A model generated the notes under the pieces. It had not been told where the DNA came from. It searched no databases and worked only from the letters and a program-made list of their open reading frames with translations. Positions 50,741 to 61,584 of a stretch of DNA of 64,000 nt are shown here, one piece after another. Origin of the DNA: an uncultured Nitrososphaeraceae archaeon (lineage in GTDB: Archaea; Thermoproteota; Nitrososphaeria; Nitrososphaerales; Nitrososphaeraceae); the NCBI GenBank assembly GCA_963765895.1, contig CAVXZB010000019.1:288001-352000 (forward strand), read 5' to 3'. Position numbers and translations under genes: made by a program. Position 1 is the first letter of the stretch. The number at the start of each line of letters is the position of its first letter.

Positions 50741-52432
50741 CTACTCACCCATTGTTTCTACCTTTATTCTATCGATTTTTTCTTTTTCAATTTTTTTGAA
50801 CAGTGGCACAACGTTTCCGATGTTATGGCCTGGTGCCAATTGCATTTCTCCGCATGAAGACCATACTTGTCGGTGGACACTATCTCCAATATTTAATTGT
50901 CCCCAGATCTTCTCTGATGAGGCTGGGATGAAGGGGGCCAAAATGACTGCAAGTGTCCTAACGGCATTTCCAGAGACATACAACGTTGTGCCCGCTAAGC
51001 TATTACTCCAAGGTCGTTTTATCTGAAAATATTGGTTTAAATATGTACTAAACGATAGGATATCCCTAAGCGCTCTATTTAGTTGATTCGAGCCTATCTT
51101 ATTACCAACCTCAGTACCAATATTGTTGATTCTCTTGATAACATCTAGATCGTAGGTTTCTAAGTTCGAAAATGGGGGAATTGATCTGTCAAATCTGGTC
51201 TGAATAAATGAGAGAGTTCGGTTTATGAAATTTCCCACATTTGCGATAAGTTCGTTGTTAATCTTTTCACGAAATGCATCCCAATCAAAATTGACATCAT
51301 CTTGCGAGTACGGGGTTATGGATGCTAAATAGAATCGAAGATAGTCAGGGTCGAAATTTCGAGTGAAATCCTCAATACTGATGTACCAGTTCCTACTCTT
51401 AGAGATCTTCTTATTCTTTAGCATCAAATGCCCCCTAGTCGGTAGATAATTAGGCAGCTTATATTCCTCATTTATCCCTAGTCGGATAGCGGGCAGAAAA
51501 AGATAGTGATGGTAGACTATGTCCTTTCCTATGAAATGGTATATGGTTGATTCGTTCCAAACTTTCTTCCCATCTTTATTTCGTTCCTTAGCCAGAGCCA
51601 AAAGTGTAGAAATATAGCAGATATGATTATCAAACCATCCATAAAATACCTTTCCATTAGCATCACTAGTTGGTATTGGGATTCCCCACTCTATGTCTCG
51701 AGTAATATCCCAATCTACCAACCCATGATCTATCCAATTAAGAACATACCTCTTTACGTCATCTTGCAAGTTGACGTTTTGACTTAACCATAATCTCAAC
51801 CTATTCGAGAATTCTGATAATCGAAAAAAATAGTGATTGCTAATTTTCTCTATTGGTGAAGCACCACAAATTCCACATTTGGGATCAAGAATTTTTTCCG
51901 GGACTTTACCACAGTTTTCACAGAGATCTGAATATTGACCCTCCGCACCACAATTCGGACACTTGCCTACAACAAATCTGTCAGGCAAGAATTTATTGTC
52001 GACTGGACAAAATGGCTGGATGACCTCCTTTTCGTAAATATGTCCGTTTTCTTGAAGCTTATTAAAAATACTCTGTACTAATGTTTTGTTCTCTGGCGAA
52101 CTTGTCCTTGAAAAGAGATCAAATGTAATACCCAGGGTATGAAAATCACTAACATCACGCCTATTCCAATAAGAAACATACTCGCTAGGCGATTTTCTTT
52201 CCTGTTCAGATCTTATAAGTATTGGAGTGCCAAAGTCGTCGGAGGCGCAGATGTGATATGCAGTCAAACCTGCAAGACGACTGTACCTAGTATAGATGTC
52301 TGCCGGAAGATAGGTAGAGGCAATATGACCCAAGTGAATCTGTCCGTTTGCATATGGAAGAGCGCTTGTAACAACAATAGTCTTTGTGGAGTGATGATCT
52401 AGCATTACTTGAGCATGTATATCGAACGTCAT
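50741..52432 (-). CDS. metG: Methionine-tRNA ligase
   Basis: ALPYANG.IHLGH, Zn knuckles, FIGKDI, KISKS. Confidence 0.96.
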   Translation of the reverse strand: MTFDIHAQVMLDHHSTKTIVVTSALPYANGQIHLGHIASTYLPADIYTRYSRLAGLTAYHICASDDFGTPILIRSEQERKSPSEYVSYWNRRDVSDFHTLGITFDLFSRTSSPENKTLVQSIFNKLQENGHIYEKEVIQPFCPVDNKFLPDRFVVGKCPNCGAEGQYSDLCENCGKVPEKILDPKCGICGASPIEKISNHYFFRLSEFSNRLRLWLSQNVNLQDDVKRYVLNWIDHGLVDWDITRDIEWGIPIPTSDANGKVFYGWFDNHICYISTLLALAKERNKDGKKVWNESTIYHFIGKDIVYHHYLFLPAIRLGINEEYKLPNYLPTRGHLMLKNKKISKSRNWYISIEDFTRNFDPDYLRFYLASITPYSQDDVNFDWDAFREKINNELIANVGNFINRTLSFIQTRFDRSIPPFSNLETYDLDVIKRINNIGTEVGNKIGSNQLNRALRDILSFSTYLNQYFQIKRPWSNSLAGTTLYVSGNAVRTLAVILAPFIPASSEKIWGQLNIGDSVHRQVWSSCGEMQLAPGHNIGNVVPLFKKIEKEKIDRIKVETMGE

Positions 52433-52543
52433 AATTTATCTTTATTATTGTTCAGGATTTCCACGTGCTATCCATAAGAGTCGACTTAATACGAGATTTT
52501 TTATGATGCTCTTTCAATTCACTATGTTAGTCAATTTAGATGA

Positions 52544-53770
52544 TTATATTCCTTTATATCGTTGCTGAACCTTACTAAGTTTATCAATTTCAATATTCAT
52601 GGACCGGAGGGCGGCGTGGGCAACCAGATTATCGATTTCTTTAGGAACGCAATAGATACCCGGCTGCAAACTGTTGTTATTTTTAACTAGATATATTATT
52701 GAAAGCAGCTGATTGGCAAAGGACAAGGCCATAATTTCGGGCGGACTTCCTTCAGAACTAACTAGATTCAGAACCCTTCCACAAGATACCAAATAAACGA
52801 TTTTTCCGTTGACTGTAAATCGTTCTACATTTGGTCTTACCTGTACTGGAGATCGATCTTTATTATATAAGGATTTGACATCAATCTCAACATCAAAGTG
52901 GCCAGCATTTGCGAGTATCACTCCATTCTTCATCTTTAAAATTTCGTCTATAGTAACAACATGTTTCTGGCCAGTACAAGTAATAATAAAATCGGCGTAG
53001 TCTGCACATACAGAGAGCTGCGCCACATAAAAGCCATCCATAGAAGCCTCTAGTGCCCTTACTGAATCTACTTCAGTTACACTAACGATTGCCCCCATAC
53101 CTCTAGCTCTCGAAGCTACACCCTTTCCCACCCAACCATATCCACAGACTACTATATGCTTACCAGCAAGGAATAATCCAGTTGCTCGCAATAGTCCGTC
53201 TATTGCACTCTGACCCGTGCCATATCGATTATCGAACAAATGCTTAGTACTAGCATTATTTACTCCAATTATTGGATATGCGAGCCCTTTTCTTGAATGG
53301 AGAATACGTAGCCTTGACACTCCTGATGTGGTTTCCTCTGTCCCGCCAATTAGCTTTGTGATTCCTGATTGATGTATTTTGCTATGCAAGTCCGCCCCAT
53401 CGTCTACCGCAATATCCGGATCGAATCGTATGACATCCATAATACACTGATTGTATTCACTTTTGGATTCGCCTCGCCAGGCATACGTCAATATGTTCTC
53501 AGAAGAAAGAAAGGCAGCAATATCATCCTGGGTTGACAATGGATTAGCAGAACAAATTGCGATCTGCCCTCCTAAGTTTTGGGCGCATCTAACAAGCACT
53601 GATGTCTCTTTTGTAATATGTAAGCAGAAGGCAAGCTTTACTCCCAGTAGAGGCTTCTTCCGCATATACCCCTTCAAAATGTAATCAAATATTGTCATAT
53701 GAGCCCTCGCCCAAGCATGTGCCTTTTTTCCCGCTTGCGCCAGTTTCTTGTCGGCGATCCTTCCAACCAT
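52544..53770 (-). CDS. ahcY: Adenosylhomocysteinase
   Basis: NPLSTQD, DDGAD, EETTSG, FDNRYGTGQS, GHFDVEID. Confidence 0.95.
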   Translation of the reverse strand: MVGRIADKKLAQAGKKAHAWARAHMTIFDYILKGYMRKKPLLGVKLAFCLHITKETSVLVRCAQNLGGQIAICSANPLSTQDDIAAFLSSENILTYAWRGESKSEYNQCIMDVIRFDPDIAVDDGADLHSKIHQSGITKLIGGTEETTSGVSRLRILHSRKGLAYPIIGVNNASTKHLFDNRYGTGQSAIDGLLRATGLFLAGKHIVVCGYGWVGKGVASRARGMGAIVSVTEVDSVRALEASMDGFYVAQLSVCADYADFIITCTGQKHVVTIDEILKMKNGVILANAGHFDVEIDVKSLYNKDRSPVQVRPNVERFTVNGKIVYLVSCGRVLNLVSSEGSPPEIMALSFANQLLSIIYLVKNNNSLQPGIYCVPKEIDNLVAHAALRSMNIEIDKLSKVQQRYKGI

Positions 53771-53900
53771 CTTGAATACTTTAGACGTCTTTTAATTATA
53801 AGATCATTCCTGGAGATAACTCGCTTTGGAACACGAGCGAGGTCTTGTTCTTCATAACAATTTATAGCCCCTGTGTACCATTTACTGTGTTATTCTGAAA

Positions 53901-54206
53901 ATGACATTGACTCGAATAGCAGATGTAAAAGAGATTTCAAATGGACGCGGCAAAGAAGTCAATATAAATGGCAATAGGATTGCGCTATTCCGCGTTAATG
54001 ATAGCTTTTATGCTATTGAAGCGCTATGTCGCCATCAAGATGGCTCATTGGCTCCTGGAAGGATTGATGGCGAGATCGTAGAATGCCCACTTCATTCGTG
54101 GCACTATAACATAAGGACAGGAGAATTGCTTGATTTCTTACAGGACGTGAAATTGAATACCTACAAAGTAGAAGTAAAGGATGAAGGCATTTATATTGAC
54201 GTCTAA
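53901..54206 (+). CDS. Rieske-type [2Fe-2S] ferredoxin
   Basis: CRH...CPLH. Confidence 0.92.
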   Translation: MTLTRIADVKEISNGRGKEVNINGNRIALFRVNDSFYAIEALCRHQDGSLAPGRIDGEIVECPLHSWHYNIRTGELLDFLQDVKLNTYKVEVKDEGIYIDV

Positions 54207-54259
54207 TTTGGTCGTGTTTTTGGGCTGTATATAAATTAGACAAAAGGAGAAGGCGAGCT

Positions 54260-55657
54260 CTGAACATATACGATACTCTAACAAGGGTATATCAGAAACT
54301 ACCAACTAATGGTAGTCTTATAAGGATATACGTATGTGGAGTTACAGTATATGATCGGTCCCATATAGGTCATGCAAGGACTATTGTGATCTTTGATGTA
54401 CTTAATAGGTATCTCAAGTCTAAAGGCATATCGACATATTTAGTTGAAAACTTTACGGATGTAGACGATAAAATCATAAATCGATCTAGGACAGAAGGAG
54501 TAGATCCTAATGAACTTGCATCAAAATACATTCAACTGTATTTTGAAGATTTCAACGCGTTAAATGTTACTAATGCCAACATATATCCGCGTGCTACCGA
54601 TCATATTGCTGAAATTATACAAATAATTTCAGGATTACTTGCAAAAGACCATGCCTATTTGTCCACAAATGGCATATATTTTAGAGTTAAGTCCTTTGCA
54701 AAGTATGGAAAATTGTCTAAAAAGAGTATCAGACAATTAGAAGCGGGAGCTCGTGTTGAGATAGATGTTTCAAAAGAATACCCCCTTGACTTCGCACTCT
54801 GGAAATTTTATTCTGATTATCCTAATTTCACTAGTCCTTGGGGTAATGGCCGGCCAGGTTGGCATATAGAATGTACTGCCATGGCATTGAAGTACTTGGG
54901 CGAGTCTATTGAAATTCACGGAGGCGGAAACGACCTAATATTTCCACACCATGAAAACGAAATTGCTCAGTCGGAGTCTTACACTGGACAGACACTGGCG
55001 AAGATTTGGATGCATGTCGGTATGGTCACTATTAATACAGAAAAGATGTCAAAATCGCTTGGAAATATAGTACCAATAAAAGATGCAGTGCAAAAATGGG
55101 GCCCCAATACCATTAGATTGTTCTGTTTGTCAGTAAGATATACAAAACCATTAGATTATCAAGACTTGCTTCTGAAAGAAGCTGCTCAGAAATGGAAACA
55201 AATTGAAGTATGTGTCTGGGAATTGGAGAACTGGAGAGGTGATTCTTCTAAAAGTAAAGACAGCATGTTGGACTTATGCACTCAAGCCGAAAAATTATTT
55301 GATCGTGCCATGGAAAATAATCTAGATACTCCGGTCGCAATTAGAGAACTAATGAAATTTGTAAATGAAATCAATAGAATTGTATCAGATGACGCCCTTG
55401 ACGAAGAGATTGCTTCCAAGGCAAAATCGACAATTCGTTCCATGCTTAAAATATTGGGCTTAAAAATTGCCTCTGTGATGCCCGAAGAAAGGGATAAGAT
55501 TGATAGAATGGTTAAACTTAGAGAAAAGTTACGAATGGAACATAAGTATGAAGAGGCCGATTCTCTGAGATTCGAATTGGCTAATAAATATTCTGTTGAA
55601 TTAATTGACCACAAGTATAAGACCACATGGCGAAAGAGTGATATTGCCACATTTTAA
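54260..55657 (+). CDS. cysS: Cysteine-tRNA ligase (probable CTG start)
   Basis: In-frame LNIYDTLT...CGVTVYD..HIGHART upstream of the track start; PGWHIEC, FPHHENE, KMSKS. Confidence 0.95.
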   Translation: MNIYDTLTRVYQKLPTNGSLIRIYVCGVTVYDRSHIGHARTIVIFDVLNRYLKSKGISTYLVENFTDVDDKIINRSRTEGVDPNELASKYIQLYFEDFNALNVTNANIYPRATDHIAEIIQIISGLLAKDHAYLSTNGIYFRVKSFAKYGKLSKKSIRQLEAGARVEIDVSKEYPLDFALWKFYSDYPNFTSPWGNGRPGWHIECTAMALKYLGESIEIHGGGNDLIFPHHENEIAQSESYTGQTLAKIWMHVGMVTINTEKMSKSLGNIVPIKDAVQKWGPNTIRLFCLSVRYTKPLDYQDLLLKEAAQKWKQIEVCVWELENWRGDSSKSKDSMLDLCTQAEKLFDRAMENNLDTPVAIRELMKFVNEINRIVSDDALDEEIASKAKSTIRSMLKILGLKIASVMPEERDKIDRMVKLREKLRMEHKYEEADSLRFELANKYSVELIDHKYKTTWRKSDIATF

Positions 55658-56045
55658 CTACCGTCTCTATGAAGAAAGGTACAATTTTCCACGATTAAAA
55701 TAGTTCGGACCGTTACACGTATCAAAAAACATCCAAAAATATTGATGCAGACTGTATTATTTCTTTTTTGATTACCCTGGAGAAGACATTACTTATAAAT
55801 ATCTACCACATTACATAATACAAATCAATATCCATACTAAGGGATACAGATATGAAACGGTTTATCATATCTGATTTCACCCGAACACTTAGGCAGTGTC
55901 TGAATAGATTAGTCATTTATTACTTATTCGAAAATCCGATATTATACTACAATTAAAGATCCATTTCACTTCTAATTTGAAGTAGCATACCGTATTGTCT
56001 CTAAGCCACCTAAGCGAGATTCAAATATGTATTAGATGTTGCTAC

Positions 56046-57050
56046 TCAAGTTTCAGTGCTACTAGGCCACATCATTTTCCTAATACCTCGTCCTACTATC
56101 TCAATTTCGTGATTCTCTAGCTCCTTCATATACTTGGAAAAGGAAGCCTTATTGTCTTTCTTATAGGCACTCTGCCACTCCTCTGCAAATTGGCCAGATT
56201 TTATTTCTTCCAAAATATTTTTCATCTTGACTTTTGAATCTGCATCGATAATTTTCGATCCTCGAGTGAGCCCCCCATAGCGGGCTGTTTCACTAACTCG
56301 CCGGTACATTCCTGTGATGCCATATTTCTGGATGAGATCGACAATTAGTTTAAGCTCGTGAAGACATTCAAAATAGGCAACCTCAGGTTGATATCCTGCT
56401 TCTACAAGAGTTTCAAATGCACTGAGTATCAACCTGTGAGACCCACCACACAGATCGGCTTGTTCTCCGAACCAGTCTGTCTCTACCTCTTCTTTGAATG
56501 TCGTTTGAATTACACCTGGTCTTGTACTTCCTATTGCCTTGGCCATCGCCAAGACCCTCTCCCATGCCTTTTCCGTATAGTCCTGATAAACTGCCACTAG
56601 GGATGGCGTGCCAAAAGATTGCTGGAATAGTTCTCTGACCAACTGTCCAGGACCCTTTGGAGCAACCATCACAATGTCGAGATCCTTAGGAGGGCTAATC
56701 CAATTCCAATGAATCGCGGCTCCGTGAGAGAAGCTCAATGCTTTACCTTTTTCCAAAAAAGGCGCGATCTCCTTTCTGTATATTTCAGCCTGTTCCATGT
56801 CAGGTATCAAAATATGAATCACATCTGCTCTCTTGGTGGCTTCCGATATAGTAACGACATTGTGACCATCGTCTTGAGCAGATTTCCAGCTATTTCCATT
56901 ATTTCTAAGTCCCACCAATACGTCCAACCCAGAGTCCTTCATATTCTTCGCTTGAGCTGATCCTTGAATACCATAACCTATAACAGAAAATGTCTGGTCT
57001 TTAACCCAATCTAAGTCAACATCTTTATCTAACCATTTCTTTGCAGACAA
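56046..57050 (-). CDS. ilvC: Ketol-acid reductoisomerase
   Basis: GYGIQG, APKGPG, ETDWFGEQ..LCGG, ECLHE, SETARYG; TTG start at 57050 inferred. Confidence 0.96.
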   Translation of the reverse strand: MSAKKWLDKDVDLDWVKDQTFSVIGYGIQGSAQAKNMKDSGLDVLVGLRNNGNSWKSAQDDGHNVVTISEATKRADVIHILIPDMEQAEIYRKEIAPFLEKGKALSFSHGAAIHWNWISPPKDLDIVMVAPKGPGQLVRELFQQSFGTPSLVAVYQDYTEKAWERVLAMAKAIGSTRPGVIQTTFKEEVETDWFGEQADLCGGSHRLILSAFETLVEAGYQPEVAYFECLHELKLIVDLIQKYGITGMYRRVSETARYGGLTRGSKIIDADSKVKMKNILEEIKSGQFAEEWQSAYKKDNKASFSKYMKELENHEIEIVGRGIRKMMWPSSTET

Positions 57051-57211
57051 CAAGACAACTGTGTTTATCATATATATATGCTGTATGAAATTTCGAACAT
57101 CAGGCTGCGTTCTCCTTATGATATTAGCGGCTGTAGTAAACATGCAAGTATAATGAATGAAATAAGAGAAATAACCAAATATGATTTCGAGTACGACTGG
57201 AAGGATACAGC

Positions 57212-58186
57212 CTATCTATGTTTTGAAATTTTGCGTACCCTTATGAGATCAACAAAATAAAAGAGATATGATCTATTCGCAATCTTTAAGATCCATGGGA
57301 TAAAAGATTCTGCCTTCCTAGACTTTTCAAATATCTCAAAGCCTGAATCGCCCAAAAGTGCTCTAAACGTTGTGCCATCAAATTTGTTCTTAGGTTTAGG
57401 TTCACGATTGTAATCATATGGATCCGCGAAAAAAGCCTCAGCATGTGGCTTAAGAAGCCCATGTATGGAGGACAGTAATTTTGTCGGATCAACTAGTTCA
57501 AGTAAATTTACAACAAGAACCAGGTCAAATTTCATGGCGCCAAATGGAGGATCCATTGAATCTGCTACACAAAATTCTGAATTCCTTATGTTTGCTTGCG
57601 ACATCCGCCTACGAGCCTCCTTGACAAAAGAAAATGATAGATCTATCCCAATTGCATAAGAGTACTTTCGTGAGAGCTGCAGAGTAGTATATCCCATTGA
57701 ACAACCTAAATCCAGCGCTAAACCTTCGATTCTAACAGGCACCTGTCCGATGATTTTATCATAAAGTTCAGTGGGCTTAATGTCTCGTTTCAGCAGTTTG
57801 AGAAAATGATCATCAAATGTATAATCATACTGCGTCCATTTGTACGGAGTAAACCAATATCCATCCTCTTCATAGCGATCGTTCGAAACTGAATCAGGGT
57901 TCAATCGTGTTGCAAAGTCCCTGAGAAATTCCTTCATTTCTATCGTCTTGCTTCCTAATAGCCAACTTCCATAGACTGCACCCCTATTGCTTGCATATCT
58001 CAGAAAGTCTCTGACCAAAATGGGGACACCTTCTACGATTGGATATCGAGTATTGCAAAGCTCGCATACTAATAATCCTTCCACGCACTCGTTATCACCT
58101 ACTACGTTAAGTGGATTTAAAGTCAGTCTTACTTGCTTATCCCTGTGATGCAAGCAGATTAGATTATTGGTGAATCTCATATTCAT
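57212..58186 (-). CDS. Trm112-like domain fused to a class I SAM methyltransferase
   Basis: EGLLVCELC..RYPIVEGVPILV; LDLGCSMG, GIDLS, FDLV, LLKP. Confidence 0.85.
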   Translation of the reverse strand: MNMRFTNNLICLHHRDKQVRLTLNPLNVVGDNECVEGLLVCELCNTRYPIVEGVPILVRDFLRYASNRGAVYGSWLLGSKTIEMKEFLRDFATRLNPDSVSNDRYEEDGYWFTPYKWTQYDYTFDDHFLKLLKRDIKPTELYDKIIGQVPVRIEGLALDLGCSMGYTTLQLSRKYSYAIGIDLSFSFVKEARRRMSQANIRNSEFCVADSMDPPFGAMKFDLVLVVNLLELVDPTKLLSSIHGLLKPHAEAFFADPYDYNREPKPKNKFDGTTFRALLGDSGFEIFEKSRKAESFIPWILKIANRSYLFYFVDLIRVRKISKHR

Positions 58187-59300
58187 AAGGCTCTACTAGA
58201 CAAAATAATCCACACAGTTGGTACGTAAGAACGTTTGCAAACCTGTAATTATGGTTTACAACAAGCGTATTTCTTTATTACATTGGTTCACTATGAAAAT
58301 CGTTTTTGTGTTCCTTTTTCTTTGTAGGCCTGATAAGGCTCAGCACATACAAAAAGCCCTAAAGAAAGTATTGTTGTTTTGATTGACGTTAAGAAAATTA
58401 ATCAACTTATAGATGAAAATACTTTCTTACTAGTCATGTTCAAATCAATCGAAGAAAATAAATAGAATTTCAAATGTATTTCTAGCAGCTCGGCATCCGT
58501 CTCAAAAATTTAAGGACAAACTCTCAGCATAGTCCTAAGTCCAGTAACTCATCGACAGAATTCGAATAGATCATAAAATGTATGTAAGTGAGTAATTATT
58601 CAGGATGAATTTAGATACTTTACCGTAACTGCCCTCGCAATGGATTTCCAAGTCTCGATGCAAAATGCCTCATAAGTTCTTAAAATGACAGCTTGAATCG
58701 GGCAGCATAAGATCATCCAGACAGAATTTTGTAAATGGCGTACATCCCCAGAATTGATTTTGCCATTTTATCCAGCCCCTAACAATTTTGCTTCATTGTC
58801 TGGATATGTTCATATAGATAGTAATCACACGATAATTACTACTGGAATAAAAATCGGAAAAGATTTACCTTCTTCAGGTATAATATGTGATTAATAGTAC
58901 TTTTACAATGTGCGGATAGAGAAGAATGCAAAACAATAGGGGCAAAACACTATTCTTGCTCTGTTTTCTTTAGGAGTTGACAAAGTAAATATCACCTTCT
59001 GTAAGTATATCTCATATATTATATATCATTCGTATTAACCTGGGGCAGATTACAATACATAGTTACATAGGCAGATTTTTTTGTTACAACATGGGCATTT
59101 CTTATAGGATTGAACAAATGCACATCTCTTCCCATGTAATTCACACAAAAGGATCTTATACTGAGATATTTCAGCTTTTGTAAATTCGTTCATCCTAAAG
59201 ACATGATTGTCGACAGATTCATTAAAATCGCATGCGAGCTACTTTGGAGAATCCAGTTAAAAAATATACACTATTCTAGTATTGTGATTCAATTCTCTAT

Positions 59301-60212
59301 TTAGAATCTGGAGTGTTTCCTAAATCTCTTCGTAGGTAATGCCCCATAAACCTCGTAAAGCTTCGAATACGAAGTACCAAAGTCGATGCTTTTGGATAAT
59401 GCATTTTTTGTATCCTCAATGAACGATTTGATTTTGCTGTTATCACGAAGTTTAATGTACTCAGCAAGGGTGGCGGCCTGAAAGTTATATTTTCTGATAA
59501 GATCAATCACGAACGGGCTTTCAGTAAACAATGAAGCAATCAAACTCGGCTCATCAGTCAACATACTTTCGCTCAATAACGATTGTATCGCAAAACTAGT
59601 GCCTGATAACGACTTAAGACTGGGCATATCTTGATCGGTTAAACATTGTGCAAAAAGAATGTTTACGTAATATGCTAACGATAATAGTACAGACATATAT
59701 CTATCGTGAGTTTTCCAGTCATTTATCACTATTATTTTCAGATTTAGAAAAAGATCATTAAGGATGCTTAACTCTCTCTCTTCATTCTTGACTGGTATCA
59801 TCAAAACTTTTTGTGTATTACGCTTAATTGATCCTGGGCCAAACATAGGATGTATGCATAGCAAATTAATATGCCGTCTTATCTTTTTCAGAGTTCTAAA
59901 GGTGTTGTATTTTATTGAAGAAATTTCAATCAGAGATGCCCCTTTACGCATAAGTGGGGCACATTTCTCTATTGTACTAGCGGTATCCACAAGAGGAACA
60001 CAAATGATTACAACGTCTGAGAGAGTGACGCATTCATCCAATGACTTACAAACGGTTAAACCAGATTGGCTGTGCAACTGGTGTGGCCGTATATCAAATA
60101 CAAGTAAAGATTTGTGTCTCTTAGAAAAGTATCTTACGAACCACTTTCCCATTTTCCCAAGCCAGCCCACGATTCCGATTGTTTTTGATGACAAGGCTAT
60201 TACGAGGACCAT
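59301..60212 (-). CDS. tyrA: Prephenate/arogenate dehydrogenase
   Basis: G..GKMG, ISSIK, HPMFGP, HD.YM, GTSF. Confidence 0.88.
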   Translation of the reverse strand: MVLVIALSSKTIGIVGWLGKMGKWFVRYFSKRHKSLLVFDIRPHQLHSQSGLTVCKSLDECVTLSDVVIICVPLVDTASTIEKCAPLMRKGASLIEISSIKYNTFRTLKKIRRHINLLCIHPMFGPGSIKRNTQKVLMIPVKNEERELSILNDLFLNLKIIVINDWKTHDRYMSVLLSLAYYVNILFAQCLTDQDMPSLKSLSGTSFAIQSLLSESMLTDEPSLIASLFTESPFVIDLIRKYNFQAATLAEYIKLRDNSKIKSFIEDTKNALSKSIDFGTSYSKLYEVYGALPTKRFRKHSRF

Positions 60213-61576
60213 ATCCTCTCAAATTTTTCCATCCCCTCAGCAAGCAATGCTTCCGACTGGCATGCAGAAATCCTTATGAAATTATGATAATGGTCCCCAA
60301 AGGCGCTGCCAGGTGCAACTGCTACTCCGGACTGCAAGAGTTTTTCTACTAGAGATAAATCTTTGCGATTTGATCCCTCTCCAATCTTTGGAAAAACATA
60401 GAAAGAACCGTCGGGCTTAAAATATGGGATCGACAATCTGCGAAGAATAGCCGTAATTATTTCGAGCCTTTGTTTAAAAAGCTGAGTGTTATCTATGCCA
60501 ATATCTTTTAAGGCAGCCAAAGCGGAGTATTGAATTGGTTCAGAAACACTAGTAACCGCCAAAGCTTGAATATTTTTGACTTTGTCAATGATATCCTTAG
60601 TAGCAACAATATATCCAATTCTAAATCCAGTCATTGCAAAGCGCTTCGAAAAGCTAGAGATCATAATGTTTCTACTATATTCGTTTTCCAAAATGCTCTG
60701 GAATCTAGTGAACGTATAACTAGAGTAGACTTCGTCGCTTAGTAGATAAATACTGTTTTCTTTTGCGATTTGATGTATTTTTTCAAGTATTTTATCGTCG
60801 AGTATCTTCCCAGTTGGATTATTGGGATAATTTATAATTATCATTTTTGTATTGTCGTTTATCATACATTCTAGCTCCTTAACACTCGGTGTCCAGGCAT
60901 TTTCAAGACTTGTCCTTAGTGACCTAATTCTGGCCCCAACAAAATCTGTGCATTCCTTATAGGCAGGCCAAGCAGGTTCAATCGATATCACTTCCTCATT
61001 AGGCCGTACTAATGCGACAATAGCTGCAAACACCCCAAACCTTGCACCTGGAGTGACCAAAATGTTATTATCAGCTACACCAAATCCCACGTCATTAGCT
61101 ATACTTTGTCTCAATTTTAATATCCCTACAGTCTCGGTGTAATGATATTGGCCAGAGTCATAGGCCTCAATCAATGCATTACGAATAGCTGGTGGTGCCC
61201 TAAAGTCGGGTTCTCCGACTTCCATATGTATTATTTTTTTCCCTGTTGCTTCCAATTGCTTAGCTTTATTAAATATACTCAAATGAGTTTGTTTTCCGTC
61301 CTTTTGCTGAATCTCTTGAACCTTGACTGACGCTGAAAGCAAGACATTTAACAATTGACTTGCAAATCTTAAATCTAATCCAATGTCTTTGCATAACAAC
61401 ATCACCGATTTCCGGATATCATCTTCCGCATTCTGATCAGTAACTTCTATACTAAGATTTGACTTGATCTCTCCGATCTCTTTGGCGATTTCCATCCTTT
61501 TTTGAACTTTCAGAAAAATTTCGTTCGTGAGATCGCGCATTTGAAGTCTTAATTTCTCGATGTTTGTAATTGTCAG
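60200..61576 (-). CDS. Chorismate mutase (AroQ)-class I/II aminotransferase fusion (probable CTG start)
   Basis: LR...R...EIG.IK...REE-like AroQ pattern; GEPDF, NYPNNPTG, DEVY, SFSKRFAMTGFRIG. Confidence 0.9.
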   Translation of the reverse strand: MTITNIEKLRLQMRDLTNEIFLKVQKRMEIAKEIGEIKSNLSIEVTDQNAEDDIRKSVMLLCKDIGLDLRFASQLLNVLLSASVKVQEIQQKDGKQTHLSIFNKAKQLEATGKKIIHMEVGEPDFRAPPAIRNALIEAYDSGQYHYTETVGILKLRQSIANDVGFGVADNNILVTPGARFGVFAAIVALVRPNEEVISIEPAWPAYKECTDFVGARIRSLRTSLENAWTPSVKELECMINDNTKMIIINYPNNPTGKILDDKILEKIHQIAKENSIYLLSDEVYSSYTFTRFQSILENEYSRNIMISSFSKRFAMTGFRIGYIVATKDIIDKVKNIQALAVTSVSEPIQYSALAALKDIGIDNTQLFKQRLEIITAILRRLSIPYFKPDGSFYVFPKIGEGSNRKDLSLVEKLLQSGVAVAPGSAFGDHYHNFIRISACQSEALLAEGMEKFERIWSS

Positions 61577-61584
61577 TCCCCCTC

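Noticed and set aside
53771-53900. SAH/SAM riboswitch upstream of ahcY (CTCGCT/AGCGAG hairpin)
   Set aside because: A single short hairpin upstream of the apparent TATA box, with no consensus motifs.
58190-59295. 1.1-kb intergenic stretch as a hidden gene or array
   Set aside because: AT-rich; I found no ORF of 60 aa or more, repeat or stable structure.
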